From a virus (taxonomy: Duplodnaviria; Caudoviricetes), in the IMG/VR virus record IMGVR_UViG_3300006193_000016, positions 1-40,959 of that record: a stretch of DNA of 40,959 bases; one strand, written 5' to 3'. Shown one piece after another: positions 19,062 to 28,270 of this stretch. Below the pieces are notes generated by a model. That model was not told where the DNA came from. It saw only the letters and a program-made list of their open reading frames with translations, and made no database searches. The position numbers were made by a program, and so were the translations under genes. Position 1 is the first letter of the stretch. The number at the start of each line of letters is the position of its first letter.

Positions 19062-20774
19062 ATGAGTAAATTAATAGAAAATATTATACGTAGTGTTTTA
19101 TATGAAAGTATTACAAGTGGTTGGTACTTTACAATTTTAGGTGGTGGAACAATTCGTACGAAGTTAGCACATCAATTGGCTCTACAATTGGGAGCGTTTC
19201 AAGGTGTTATTGTTATTGCGACGGCAATGCCGGATAGTACACCTTCACAAGATATAGAGACAATTATATCAGATGTCGTATCAACTACGTTTAAACGTAC
19301 CCCAGTGTATAGTAAATTTTATGATGACAATCAATATTCATATATATTTCAAGTATTAAAATCAAAAAAGAGACGAAAGAAATTTTTATTTTTAATTGAA
19401 CGAAAATCTAAATATGCAAAATTAATCAATCAGATTAAAACTGCAGAAGCAGGGGATGGTTATTTTATAACTTCTCCTAATCAAGATATAGATAAAATTG
19501 GGACTATACCTGTTATGTCAGGTGATGAATATCGGTTATGGAAATCAGGTATAGATAAAACTATACAAAATATAGAATCTAGATCTAAACAAAGTGATAG
19601 TAATATTACTCCGAGTATGGTTGATGCTATTAAAAAAACATATAATAGTATTAAATTTTTAGACGTGTCCAAGATGAAAGTTAAAGTTGATATTCCAGAC
19701 GTAGAAGCAACAGAAACAATTGAAACTATAGATCAAGACGGATTTAGAGGTACGGCTCGAAAAACAATAGATGCTACAGGTAAAGTAAAATATATTCCAG
19801 TTGAGGGAATACAGCGTGTTGCACACAGAGATGATGAAGGAAATGTAATACCAGGTTCAGATAGTGGACAATTTGATGGAAAGTTTGCTGAAAATGGTAT
19901 GCTACAAACAGGAACAGTAACATGGTCCAGACCACGTGGTTCTGCAGGCAGTATATTAGGAGGCATAGAAAAATTTACCGGGGAATTATTTACATATAAA
20001 GAAGCTTCGATGGGTGATATTGACATAGAAAATCCTGGTTTCAGTTTCCAATATGATACTGGATATTTTAAATATTGGTCTGGAAACGAATTCCGTGGGT
20101 CATATAAATCAGTAAAAAGTCAACAATGGGATGGCGATGGAAGCCTTGGACAGAAAACCAATCAATTAAGTCGTGATTTAATATCTAAAAATTGGACGAA
20201 TGGTGACATGGTCACATGGATTGAAAACTCATTGAAAAAACAAAATATATCATATACAATTGTACTTTTATTATATACAATTGGAAAACAAATAATATTT
20301 AAAGGAGATTTTTCTCCTCGTCCTAATAATGGTGTACTTTTAATAAATAGTAGCGTTAATGCATTTGGAAGTAATCAAATAGGTACAATTAGTAATGGCC
20401 AGGTCAATAAAATAGAATTTACAGAAGACTTTTTAACTAAATTAGAAAATGCAAAGCAAGAAATTGATGCAATAAAAATATTCGAAGATGAAACTGGAGA
20501 TTTAAAATTTATAAGTATTAAATCAGGTGCAGAGTTAGCTTCTGAAGTTTCTATTCCCAAATCAGAAGTGAAAGATTTAATATTGATTAAAGCAGTAGGA
20601 AATCAAGGTGAATATCAATTTTCATATATGAATACCAATTTAAATAAACGTTATCCAACGCCGGGAAAATATATATATCAGTTAAATATTACAGACGAAA
20701 TTGACCCAAGCAAAAATGTAGGATTAACTCCAGAATTTATCGAATTACAAAAAACATTAGGAAATATAAAATAG
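19062..20774 (+). CDS. Hypothetical protein with MORN-like Gly/aromatic beta repeats
   Basis: FDGKFAENGMLQTGTVTW, FTGEL, YWSGNEFRGSY, FKGDF. Confidence 0.6.
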   Translation: MSKLIENIIRSVLYESITSGWYFTILGGGTIRTKLAHQLALQLGAFQGVIVIATAMPDSTPSQDIETIISDVVSTTFKRTPVYSKFYDDNQYSYIFQVLKSKKRRKKFLFLIERKSKYAKLINQIKTAEAGDGYFITSPNQDIDKIGTIPVMSGDEYRLWKSGIDKTIQNIESRSKQSDSNITPSMVDAIKKTYNSIKFLDVSKMKVKVDIPDVEATETIETIDQDGFRGTARKTIDATGKVKYIPVEGIQRVAHRDDEGNVIPGSDSGQFDGKFAENGMLQTGTVTWSRPRGSAGSILGGIEKFTGELFTYKEASMGDIDIENPGFSFQYDTGYFKYWSGNEFRGSYKSVKSQQWDGDGSLGQKTNQLSRDLISKNWTNGDMVTWIENSLKKQNISYTIVLLLYTIGKQIIFKGDFSPRPNNGVLLINSSVNAFGSNQIGTISNGQVNKIEFTEDFLTKLENAKQEIDAIKIFEDETGDLKFISIKSGAELASEVSIPKSEVKDLILIKAVGNQGEYQFSYMNTNLNKRYPTPGKYIYQLNITDEIDPSKNVGLTPEFIELQKTLGNIK

Positions 20775-20776
20775 TT

Positions 20777-21259
20777 ATGAAACGAAATCATTGGCATACT
20801 GCCGGCAGCAAAAAACGACAGGCAGCTTATAAATACGGTTATAAATCAGGATTGGAATTAACTGTAGCAGAACAAATCAAATCAAACAATTACGATGTAA
20901 ATTACGAAACTGAAACGATTCATTATACCGTTCCAGAATCAAAACATAAATATACACCAGACTTTGTGTTTACAAAAAAGAATGGCGAATTAATGTATAT
21001 AGAAACAAAAGGTCGGTGGACTGCAATTGATCGTAAAAAAATGAAACATGTATTAAATTCTAATCCTGACAAAGATATACGATTAGTATTTCAAAATCCA
21101 AATCAAAAAATATCAAAAGGTAGTAAAACTACATATGAAATCTATGCAACTAAGTTAGGTATTGAATATGTTGCAAAAAAAGATATTCCATTGGAATGGA
21201 TGGCGGAATGTTTGAAACCAGGCGAAGAAGCACATGATCCGAAACGTTTTTTCGTATAA
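20777..21259 (+). CDS. Holliday junction resolvase, T7 endonuclease I family
   Basis: YKSGLE...YTPDF...IETKGRW...DIRLVFQ. Confidence 0.9.
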   Translation: MKRNHWHTAGSKKRQAAYKYGYKSGLELTVAEQIKSNNYDVNYETETIHYTVPESKHKYTPDFVFTKKNGELMYIETKGRWTAIDRKKMKHVLNSNPDKDIRLVFQNPNQKISKGSKTTYEIYATKLGIEYVAKKDIPLEWMAECLKPGEEAHDPKRFFV

Positions 21260-21297
21260 GGTTTGATTTGTGAAAAAAAAATAATATATTCATTAAA

Positions 21298-21380
21298 ATG
21301 ATGTTAATTATTTAAAATGATTGATTCAGTCTTGAGTCGATCGTTAGACCATATATGTGTCTGACTATAATTAATTATAA
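21298..21380 (+). ncRNA. Candidate structured small RNA (three-way junction)
   Basis: Stems 21304-11/21367-74, 21319-28/21333-42 and 21343-49/21359-65, with G-U pairs; TTTGAT-17-TATATT upstream at 21262-21290. Confidence 0.35.
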
Positions 21381-21391
21381 TATATATAAAT

Positions 21392-21416
21392 ATTAATTGG
21401 ATTAATTGGATTAATT
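21392..21416. repeat. Tandem repeat (ATTAATTGG) x2.8
   Basis: ATTAATTGG ATTAATTGG ATTAATT. Confidence 0.85.
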
Positions 21417-21434
21417 ACAGTTATTTCTTATTAT
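21406..21434 (+). promoter_or_regulatory. Class A promoter (TTGGAT-17-TATTAT)
   Basis: Exact 17-nt spacer; primase ATG 7 nt downstream. Confidence 0.6.
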
Positions 21435-21441
21435 ATAGTAT

Positions 21442-22386
21442 ATGCAAAATATAAAATTACTACAGTTGCTGGAATCGGTATTAGGTAAAGGTAAATCTAC
21501 ATCTGGTAATAACATTGCATTCTTCTCTCCATTTACTTCACATTATAAACCTAAATTAGAAATTGATATTAATACAACATCAGAAGGCCAAAATGCTTGG
21601 CACTGTTGGATATCTGATAAAAAAGGAAGAAGTATAAACAGTTTATTTAAACAAATGAACTTAGGCAAACAATATTTTGAACAGTTATCTCGTATAATTC
21701 AATCAGCAAAATATAAAACCTTTGATACTGACACTACTCCAGTTGAAACAATATCATTGCCCGAAGAATATATTCCATTATGGAAACCTAAAATGACTCC
21801 TGACTTTCGTAATGCAATGTCATATTTAAAACGACGAGGAGTAACAATATTTGATATATTAAAATATCGAATTGGATATTGTGAACGTGGCGCTTATAAT
21901 GGCAAGATAGTTATTCCTAGTTATGATTGCAACGGCCAATTAAATTATTTTGTAAGTAGAGCATTTTATAATGCAGATAAATATAAACACAAGAATCCTA
22001 AAGTTAGCAAAGACATCATTGGATTTGATTTAACAATTAATTGGGCGGAACCAATAATATTATGCGAAGGGGCATTTGATGCAATTGCAATTAAACGAAA
22101 TGCAATACCATTATTTGGTAAAATTATACAACCACAATTACAGAAAAAACTTATTGAAAATAGAGTCAAGGACATTTATATATGTTTAGATGCGGATGCA
22201 ATACGTAATGCGTTAAGTATAGCAGAAAAATTTATGGGTGAAGGATTAAATGTATATTTTATAGAATTAAAAGATCAAGACGCATCCGATTTAGGATTTC
22301 ATCGTATATCGGAAATTATAGAACAAACGGGAGTAATGACATTTGAACGATTAATGCAACTCCGAATGGGTATTATATGGAAATAA
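21442..22386 (+). CDS. dnaG: DNA primase (DnaG-type, TOPRIM)
   Basis: YLKRRGV, IVIPSYD..G.LNYFVSR, CEGAFDA, CLDADA, DASD. Confidence 0.9.
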   Translation: MQNIKLLQLLESVLGKGKSTSGNNIAFFSPFTSHYKPKLEIDINTTSEGQNAWHCWISDKKGRSINSLFKQMNLGKQYFEQLSRIIQSAKYKTFDTDTTPVETISLPEEYIPLWKPKMTPDFRNAMSYLKRRGVTIFDILKYRIGYCERGAYNGKIVIPSYDCNGQLNYFVSRAFYNADKYKHKNPKVSKDIIGFDLTINWAEPIILCEGAFDAIAIKRNAIPLFGKIIQPQLQKKLIENRVKDIYICLDADAIRNALSIAEKFMGEGLNVYFIELKDQDASDLGFHRISEIIEQTGVMTFERLMQLRMGIIWK

Positions 22387-25300
22387 AACAAATACAAAGT
22401 AAGATACAACAAGCAGATCGTATCTATCATATATCAGACGTACATATTCGTACATTGAAACGACATAAAGAATACCGAGATGTTTTTCAAAACATGTTTG
22501 CATATATTAATCAATCTAAAACAGCAAACAGTATAGCAGTAGTTACTGGAGATATTGTTCATAGTAAATTGGATATGTCCCCCGAATTGATTAGAATGCT
22601 TACTGATTTCTTTCGTGGATTTAATATTCCTACAATTGTTATTCTTGGTAATCATGACATGAATTTAAACAATTTATATCGTGAAGATGCATTGTCTCCG
22701 GTATTGGATATGATTGCTAACGACAATATTGTTTTTATTAAAGACAACGGCGTATTTGATTTTGCTGGATTAACATGGAACCATATGGCGGTTGATGTAG
22801 AGCCTACTCAATATGTAAAAGGCAAAGACATTGTTACTGATAAAATAAAAATTGCATTACACCATGGAGCCGTTCATAGTGCAAAAACAGATATAGGATA
22901 TGAAATTTCCAATGAACATGTTACTACAGAATTATTTGCCGGACATGACATGACTCTATTAGGAGATATACATAAACCAGCACAATTCTTAACTGATACG
23001 ATTGCATACCCTGGATCTTTAATACAACAAAATCATGGTGAAGCATTAGACCATGGTATACTTGTCTGGGACGTAAAAACACAAACTGCTGAATTTGTAG
23101 AAATACACAATGATTATGGTTATGTGACAATCGAAACCGAAGGAGCTCAAATTGTTAAGTCTCCACATCGTATGCCTGATAAACCTAGAATACGAATTAA
23201 ATTTAACGAAACCAGTGCCTCCGATATGAAACGATTGGTTACTATGATTCGTAAAAAATACAATGTCCAAGACATTACTATACAACGAACTATATCCGCA
23301 CAAAATAATGTAGAGTCAAGTGCAATTACAATTGGCAATGTTCGAGACGTTGAATATCAAAATACTTTGTTAACTGAATTTATTAACACTAAATTTCCAC
23401 AAGCAACCACAAATGAATTAGACGCAATACGACACATTAACCGATCTATCAATTCTAAACTTCCTGCAGTAGAATCAGTTAGACATATAACATGGCATCC
23501 GGTATCATTTGAATTTGATAACATGTTTTCATATGGAGAAGATAATCGTGTAGACTTCAATAAAATGAATGATGTCTGTGGTTTATTCGCAGCAAATACA
23601 TCTGGTAAATCTAGTTTATTAGACGCAATAACATATACTATATTTGATAAATGTAGTAAGACCTCCAAAGCCCATGAAGTTTTAAACAACAAGAAATCGG
23701 CATTTCGTGGAGTATTTAAATTTAAAATGAATGATACCATTTATACAATTGAACGAGTAGGCACTAAGAAAAAAGACAATCATGTAAAAGTAGACGTTAA
23801 TTTTTATACTGAAACAGAAAATTTAAACGGTGATGAACGAAGTGACACAAACAATAGTATACGTCGTTATTTAGGAACATACAATGACTTTATATTAACT
23901 GCATTTTCACTTCAAGCAGATAATAATAATTTTATAGAAAAGTCACAACGTGAAAGAAAAGACTTATTATCACAATTTTTAGATATAACTGTATTTGAAC
24001 AACTATATCATTTAGCAACTGACGAAATAAAAGAAACTGCAGGACGACTCAAAGCATTTAAAAAAACTGATTTTGCAGAAACTATAACGAGTGCAGACGC
24101 AATTATACAAAACAATGAAAAATTAATTGGCAATACAAATAAAACTGAATCAGATAAACAAATTGAAAGAAACCAATTACAAGATTCTATAATAGAATTA
24201 ATTGAAACAAAGAAACCTACAAGTTATGACGGTGACGGTATTGAGTCTTTACGAGAAACTGAAATTGACTTAACTGGCAAAATAGAAACATTACAAACAA
24301 CAATTGAAGAAACAGAACAAACAATATTGCAATATCAAAGTAAAATTAATATAATTGAAACTGCATTAAAGGTACAAAATTATGATGTTGTAGATCTAAA
24401 AGACAAAGTACAACAATTAACAACCGCAGAATTTGTTCTTAAAGATCTTAAAGAAGAACAAAAAAAACAACAAGGAATAGTAAATGATAAGCAAAAGAAG
24501 ATTGAACATCTTGAGACGCACAAACATGACCCGGATTGTGAATACTGTGTGTCTAACGTTTTCGTACAAGACGCAATACAAGCCAAGAACGAGATTAATC
24601 AAGATAGAAAAATATTAAAATCTAAAGATAAAAATATTGAATATAAAAACGATGAAATACGCGAATTAATAAAACATGAAATGCGTCTTGATGAATTTAA
24701 TCAATCTAATGATAATATTGATTTATATAAAAATAAAATAGAGCGCAACGAACTACAACTTCAAATTCATGAAAATGATTTACAAACTAAAGAAACCGAA
24801 CTAGAAAATAACATAGAACGACAAGACTTATTTAAAAGAAATGAATCTGCAATAATATGGAATGTAGATGTTGATAAATTAATTAGTGAATGTAAAGGTA
24901 AAATTGATACAATTACCGGTCAGATAAAAACACTGCAAGATCAAATAAAAACTAATCATGGAGAAATACAAGTTGCAAAAACTAAACGTAAAACTGCATT
25001 AGAACAATTAGAAACATATCAGCAATTAGAAATAGAATATAAAGCATATGAATATTATTTAAAATCAGTTAAACGGGATGGTATTCCATATGAATTAATA
25101 TCCAAGGCAATTCCTAAAATTGAATCTGAAATAAACAATGTGTTAAATCAAGTAGTAGATTTTAATATGGTTATAAATACAGATGGTAAAAATATTAATG
25201 GATATATCATATATGATCAAGACAATTTTTGGCCGTTAGAATTAACAAGTGGTATGGAACGATTTATATCTAGTTTAGCAATTCGTATAGCACTTATCAA

Positions 25301-25520
25301 TGTATCAGCATTGCCACGTCCTAATTTCATAGCAATAGATGAGGGATGGGGTAGTTTAGATGCCGAACACATATCATCAGTCGCAAATTTATTTGATTAT
25401 TTCCGAACCAAATTTGATTTTTCAATTATTATATCACACGTAGATACAATGCGTGATATGGTAGACAATTTAATCGAAGTAAATAAAATAAACGGATTTA
25501 GCCAGATTTCCCATGTTTGA
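22377..25520 (+). CDS. Fused SbcD/Mre11 nuclease and SbcC/Rad50 ATPase (gp47-gp46-like)
   Basis: SDVH, GDIVH, GNHD, GDIH; Walker A NTSGKSS; coiled coil with CEYC hook; SGMERF; IDEGWGSLD; ISH. Confidence 0.93.
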   Translation: MEIKQIQSKIQQADRIYHISDVHIRTLKRHKEYRDVFQNMFAYINQSKTANSIAVVTGDIVHSKLDMSPELIRMLTDFFRGFNIPTIVILGNHDMNLNNLYREDALSPVLDMIANDNIVFIKDNGVFDFAGLTWNHMAVDVEPTQYVKGKDIVTDKIKIALHHGAVHSAKTDIGYEISNEHVTTELFAGHDMTLLGDIHKPAQFLTDTIAYPGSLIQQNHGEALDHGILVWDVKTQTAEFVEIHNDYGYVTIETEGAQIVKSPHRMPDKPRIRIKFNETSASDMKRLVTMIRKKYNVQDITIQRTISAQNNVESSAITIGNVRDVEYQNTLLTEFINTKFPQATTNELDAIRHINRSINSKLPAVESVRHITWHPVSFEFDNMFSYGEDNRVDFNKMNDVCGLFAANTSGKSSLLDAITYTIFDKCSKTSKAHEVLNNKKSAFRGVFKFKMNDTIYTIERVGTKKKDNHVKVDVNFYTETENLNGDERSDTNNSIRRYLGTYNDFILTAFSLQADNNNFIEKSQRERKDLLSQFLDITVFEQLYHLATDEIKETAGRLKAFKKTDFAETITSADAIIQNNEKLIGNTNKTESDKQIERNQLQDSIIELIETKKPTSYDGDGIESLRETEIDLTGKIETLQTTIEETEQTILQYQSKINIIETALKVQNYDVVDLKDKVQQLTTAEFVLKDLKEEQKKQQGIVNDKQKKIEHLETHKHDPDCEYCVSNVFVQDAIQAKNEINQDRKILKSKDKNIEYKNDEIRELIKHEMRLDEFNQSNDNIDLYKNKIERNELQLQIHENDLQTKETELENNIERQDLFKRNESAIIWNVDVDKLISECKGKIDTITGQIKTLQDQIKTNHGEIQVAKTKRKTALEQLETYQQLEIEYKAYEYYLKSVKRDGIPYELISKAIPKIESEINNVLNQVVDFNMVINTDGKNINGYIIYDQDNFWPLELTSGMERFISSLAIRIALINVSALPRPNFIAIDEGWGSLDAEHISSVANLFDYFRTKFDFSIIISHVDTMRDMVDNLIEVNKINGFSQISHV

Positions 25521-25533
25521 TATTTATATAAAA
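25520..25533 (+). promoter_or_regulatory. Class B promoter
   Basis: ATATTTATATAAAA. Confidence 0.65.
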
Positions 25534-25546
25534 AGTATACTTGTCA

Positions 25547-28258
25547 ATGGAACGCAAAGATGTAGTTTATAAAGGTTTAGAATTTATTCCAGTTTTTTAT
25601 GAAGATAATTCTTTAACATCACCGGACTATTTTCAAATATCAGAATTTCCTATACGACTCACAGCAGGAAAAAATTTATTTAAACTTCGTGGCCATCCTA
25701 CCAATTTACGTGTAGGCGGCGGATTGGGTATCGAAGTTTTAGATTATAACGGCGATCCTATATATACCGAAGTAGTAGATTTTATCGATGAAGATAAAAG
25801 TCGTGTTATTGCAATTTATATTTACGATGATACATCACCTGGTGATTGTACTATAACGTTAGTAGCAGAAGCATCGAATATACAAGGTACACCTACTCCG
25901 ACAGATTGGCAAAATAAAGTTAATACCCGTTGGAAACGAACTGTGCCTGTAAACCCAATGGTAGCAAATGTTTCAGAAATAATATTTGAGAAATTACCAA
26001 CGGTAACCGTAGCAGAACAAATTGGTGTTCAATTAGATCGGCAGTATGCAACTACACAATTTCCTACATATAATACCGGTACCATAAGATTCTTTTCATT
26101 TAATGGGCAACCAGCAATTGAATTAACAGGCGGTACATTTATTACTGATATGAAAACTGGGACTGTAACAGTAGCGTCCCCCGTAAATCCTTCGCCTACG
26201 CCGGCTTACCCGGTTGTTACAACGCCTTACGTGTCTACGGTAAGCAAGATATTAACTCCAACTACGGCTTTATTAGATAAAGAGTATACGGTGTATAGTA
26301 GCGAAAGTATATTTCCACATACATTTAATGCATTTGACAATAGTTCATATTCATTAACATATGAAGCAACACCAACATATGTTGAAACTGAAAACTCACA
26401 ATCATTTGCATATATACAAATTGAAGGATTAGAACCAGCAACTGGAGATGTTAGTCGAACAAAAGTTTATACTAATAATAAAGGAACTGTTGGTACTTGG
26501 GAATTAGTTAACGATGTAGAATTAGAAGAAACAGAAATATTAGTTCCAAGCACATCTTCATTGCGGCCTGATGTTAGCATAGGAGAATTAAAATCACAAA
26601 CTACAATTGACACATATTGGGAAGGTCATGTATATACTGGAAATATTGAAACTACAGCACCGTTAACTGCATCGAGTGTAACTGAATTAGATGCCGCTGT
26701 AAAAATTAGCAGTGGTGTAGATATTAGTCCTAATAATTATGTTGTAACATTTCAAAACAAAGATGCATACAACGGAGTGTTTATAAAAGACTCAGCATAT
26801 AAAGTTACATTTGATGCATATGGAATAAAACAATCTTCAGATGATTTTGCAGACCCAGTTATTGCTGTATATATGTCAGGAAGTGCTTTTGATTATGATA
26901 CAACTGATTTGTTCAATCAAGACCTACCAAAACAGTTAGGAAAACGTGTTGGTGAACTTCGGGTATCTGGCGAATCACAAATATTTGACAATCAAACATT
27001 TAGTTTTGATACAGACGCAACTGGCCATGGTAGCCTAATATTTGTAATAGAATCAGGACAATGGCAATTAGCAGACATACACGTAACAACAGATAATGAT
27101 GTCGGATATACTCCTAATTATACCAGAATAAAAACATTTATAGAAACAACACATAAAATAGACAATCAGATATCGTTCAAAGTAGAATATTATAATGTCG
27201 ATGGTGTTGCTAGCAAACAAATAACATATGTATATGACAAAGATTGGCTAGGTGGTAACCGTTATGTAGATGGTGATTTTTCCATGCTTACCGGATCTTT
27301 GTACATCGCTGACTCTTTGAATAGCGGTATAGCTTTAACAGGTAATGCCAGTACTGGATTTGTTAGATCATTGGGATATGATGGATTCGAATCAGGGTTC
27401 CCAGGGTTCTTGTTATGGAGTGGATCGGCACTAGCCGGACAAAATACTAAAGGTGGAGTTGCATATAGTGGCGTAGGATTAGAAATGTATGCCAATACTG
27501 CAAGTTATTTTAGATATGCAACCAATCCATCAGAAATAGATATTCGAACCGATAAATTCTTTTTTGGTAATCCTAGCTCGTCTTATATAAGTGGTAGTAA
27601 TGGATTGATAGAAATTTCATCTAGTAATTTTATATTAACAGCAGAAGGAGATATTACAGCATCTAGCTTTATTGCAGTTCAAGGCGGAAACACATTGTTT
27701 GATACTAACAATGAATTTGTAGATGGGCAAAACATCGGCCGAATAGTTTATTTTGATCGCGATGAATATACATTTACTGGTAATTTAGAAACATCACCAC
27801 AAACTGCATCACTATTTGAAACATTTATATTACCAGGCGAAACTAAATTGCAATTTTCATATACAACTGAATATGATAATAACGACGCTTCAACTGCCGA
27901 GGTACGAGGATATTTTTATATACAATCGTCAAGTATAAGTGCATCAAATTCTGCAGGTAATAATTATTATGATTCATGGAGTAATCCACACCTATTGAAT
28001 ACAAATTTTAAAACTTTAATTTCAAGTGTAGCATCAATCGGAAATCCTCCAGAAGGAGTTAGTAATACAATAGATATAACTGGGGCTAATTTAGAATTAG
28101 GTAACAATCAAGGTCGCTATGTTCGTGTTAGTTTAATTATAACAACAAATACTGGAGGCGGCGCTGGAAGTAGTGTGTTTAAACTGAAAGGCCAAGTTTG
28201 GAGAACGAGTAGATTAGTCGGAGGGGCTACAAGTCCACCGGCAAATATAGTAAGATAA
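25547..28258 (+). CDS. Large beta-rich virion/tail protein
   Basis: About 900 aa, Thr/Ser/Gly-rich, with fibre-like YISGSNGLIEISSSNF. ATG25547 preferred over TTG25541. Confidence 0.65.
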   Translation: MERKDVVYKGLEFIPVFYEDNSLTSPDYFQISEFPIRLTAGKNLFKLRGHPTNLRVGGGLGIEVLDYNGDPIYTEVVDFIDEDKSRVIAIYIYDDTSPGDCTITLVAEASNIQGTPTPTDWQNKVNTRWKRTVPVNPMVANVSEIIFEKLPTVTVAEQIGVQLDRQYATTQFPTYNTGTIRFFSFNGQPAIELTGGTFITDMKTGTVTVASPVNPSPTPAYPVVTTPYVSTVSKILTPTTALLDKEYTVYSSESIFPHTFNAFDNSSYSLTYEATPTYVETENSQSFAYIQIEGLEPATGDVSRTKVYTNNKGTVGTWELVNDVELEETEILVPSTSSLRPDVSIGELKSQTTIDTYWEGHVYTGNIETTAPLTASSVTELDAAVKISSGVDISPNNYVVTFQNKDAYNGVFIKDSAYKVTFDAYGIKQSSDDFADPVIAVYMSGSAFDYDTTDLFNQDLPKQLGKRVGELRVSGESQIFDNQTFSFDTDATGHGSLIFVIESGQWQLADIHVTTDNDVGYTPNYTRIKTFIETTHKIDNQISFKVEYYNVDGVASKQITYVYDKDWLGGNRYVDGDFSMLTGSLYIADSLNSGIALTGNASTGFVRSLGYDGFESGFPGFLLWSGSALAGQNTKGGVAYSGVGLEMYANTASYFRYATNPSEIDIRTDKFFFGNPSSSYISGSNGLIEISSSNFILTAEGDITASSFIAVQGGNTLFDTNNEFVDGQNIGRIVYFDRDEYTFTGNLETSPQTASLFETFILPGETKLQFSYTTEYDNNDASTAEVRGYFYIQSSSISASNSAGNNYYDSWSNPHLLNTNFKTLISSVASIGNPPEGVSNTIDITGANLELGNNQGRYVRVSLIITTNTGGGAGSSVFKLKGQVWRTSRLVGGATSPPANIVR

Positions 28259-28270
28259 TATTTATATAAA
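28258..28270 (+). promoter_or_regulatory. Class B promoter abutting the start codon
   Basis: ATATTTATATAAA followed directly by ATG. Confidence 0.6.

Noticed and set aside
19044-19064. TAG in frame with the next gene (also 38175-38183), suggesting amber readthrough or recoding
   Set aside because: Long genes have no internal TAG, TAA junctions are also often in frame (28258, 31587, 38801), and the 19047 gap holds a promoter motif.
21298-21315. Mini-ORF MMLII as a leader peptide
   Set aside because: Too short to support; the RNA structure is the better explanation, though translation is not excluded.
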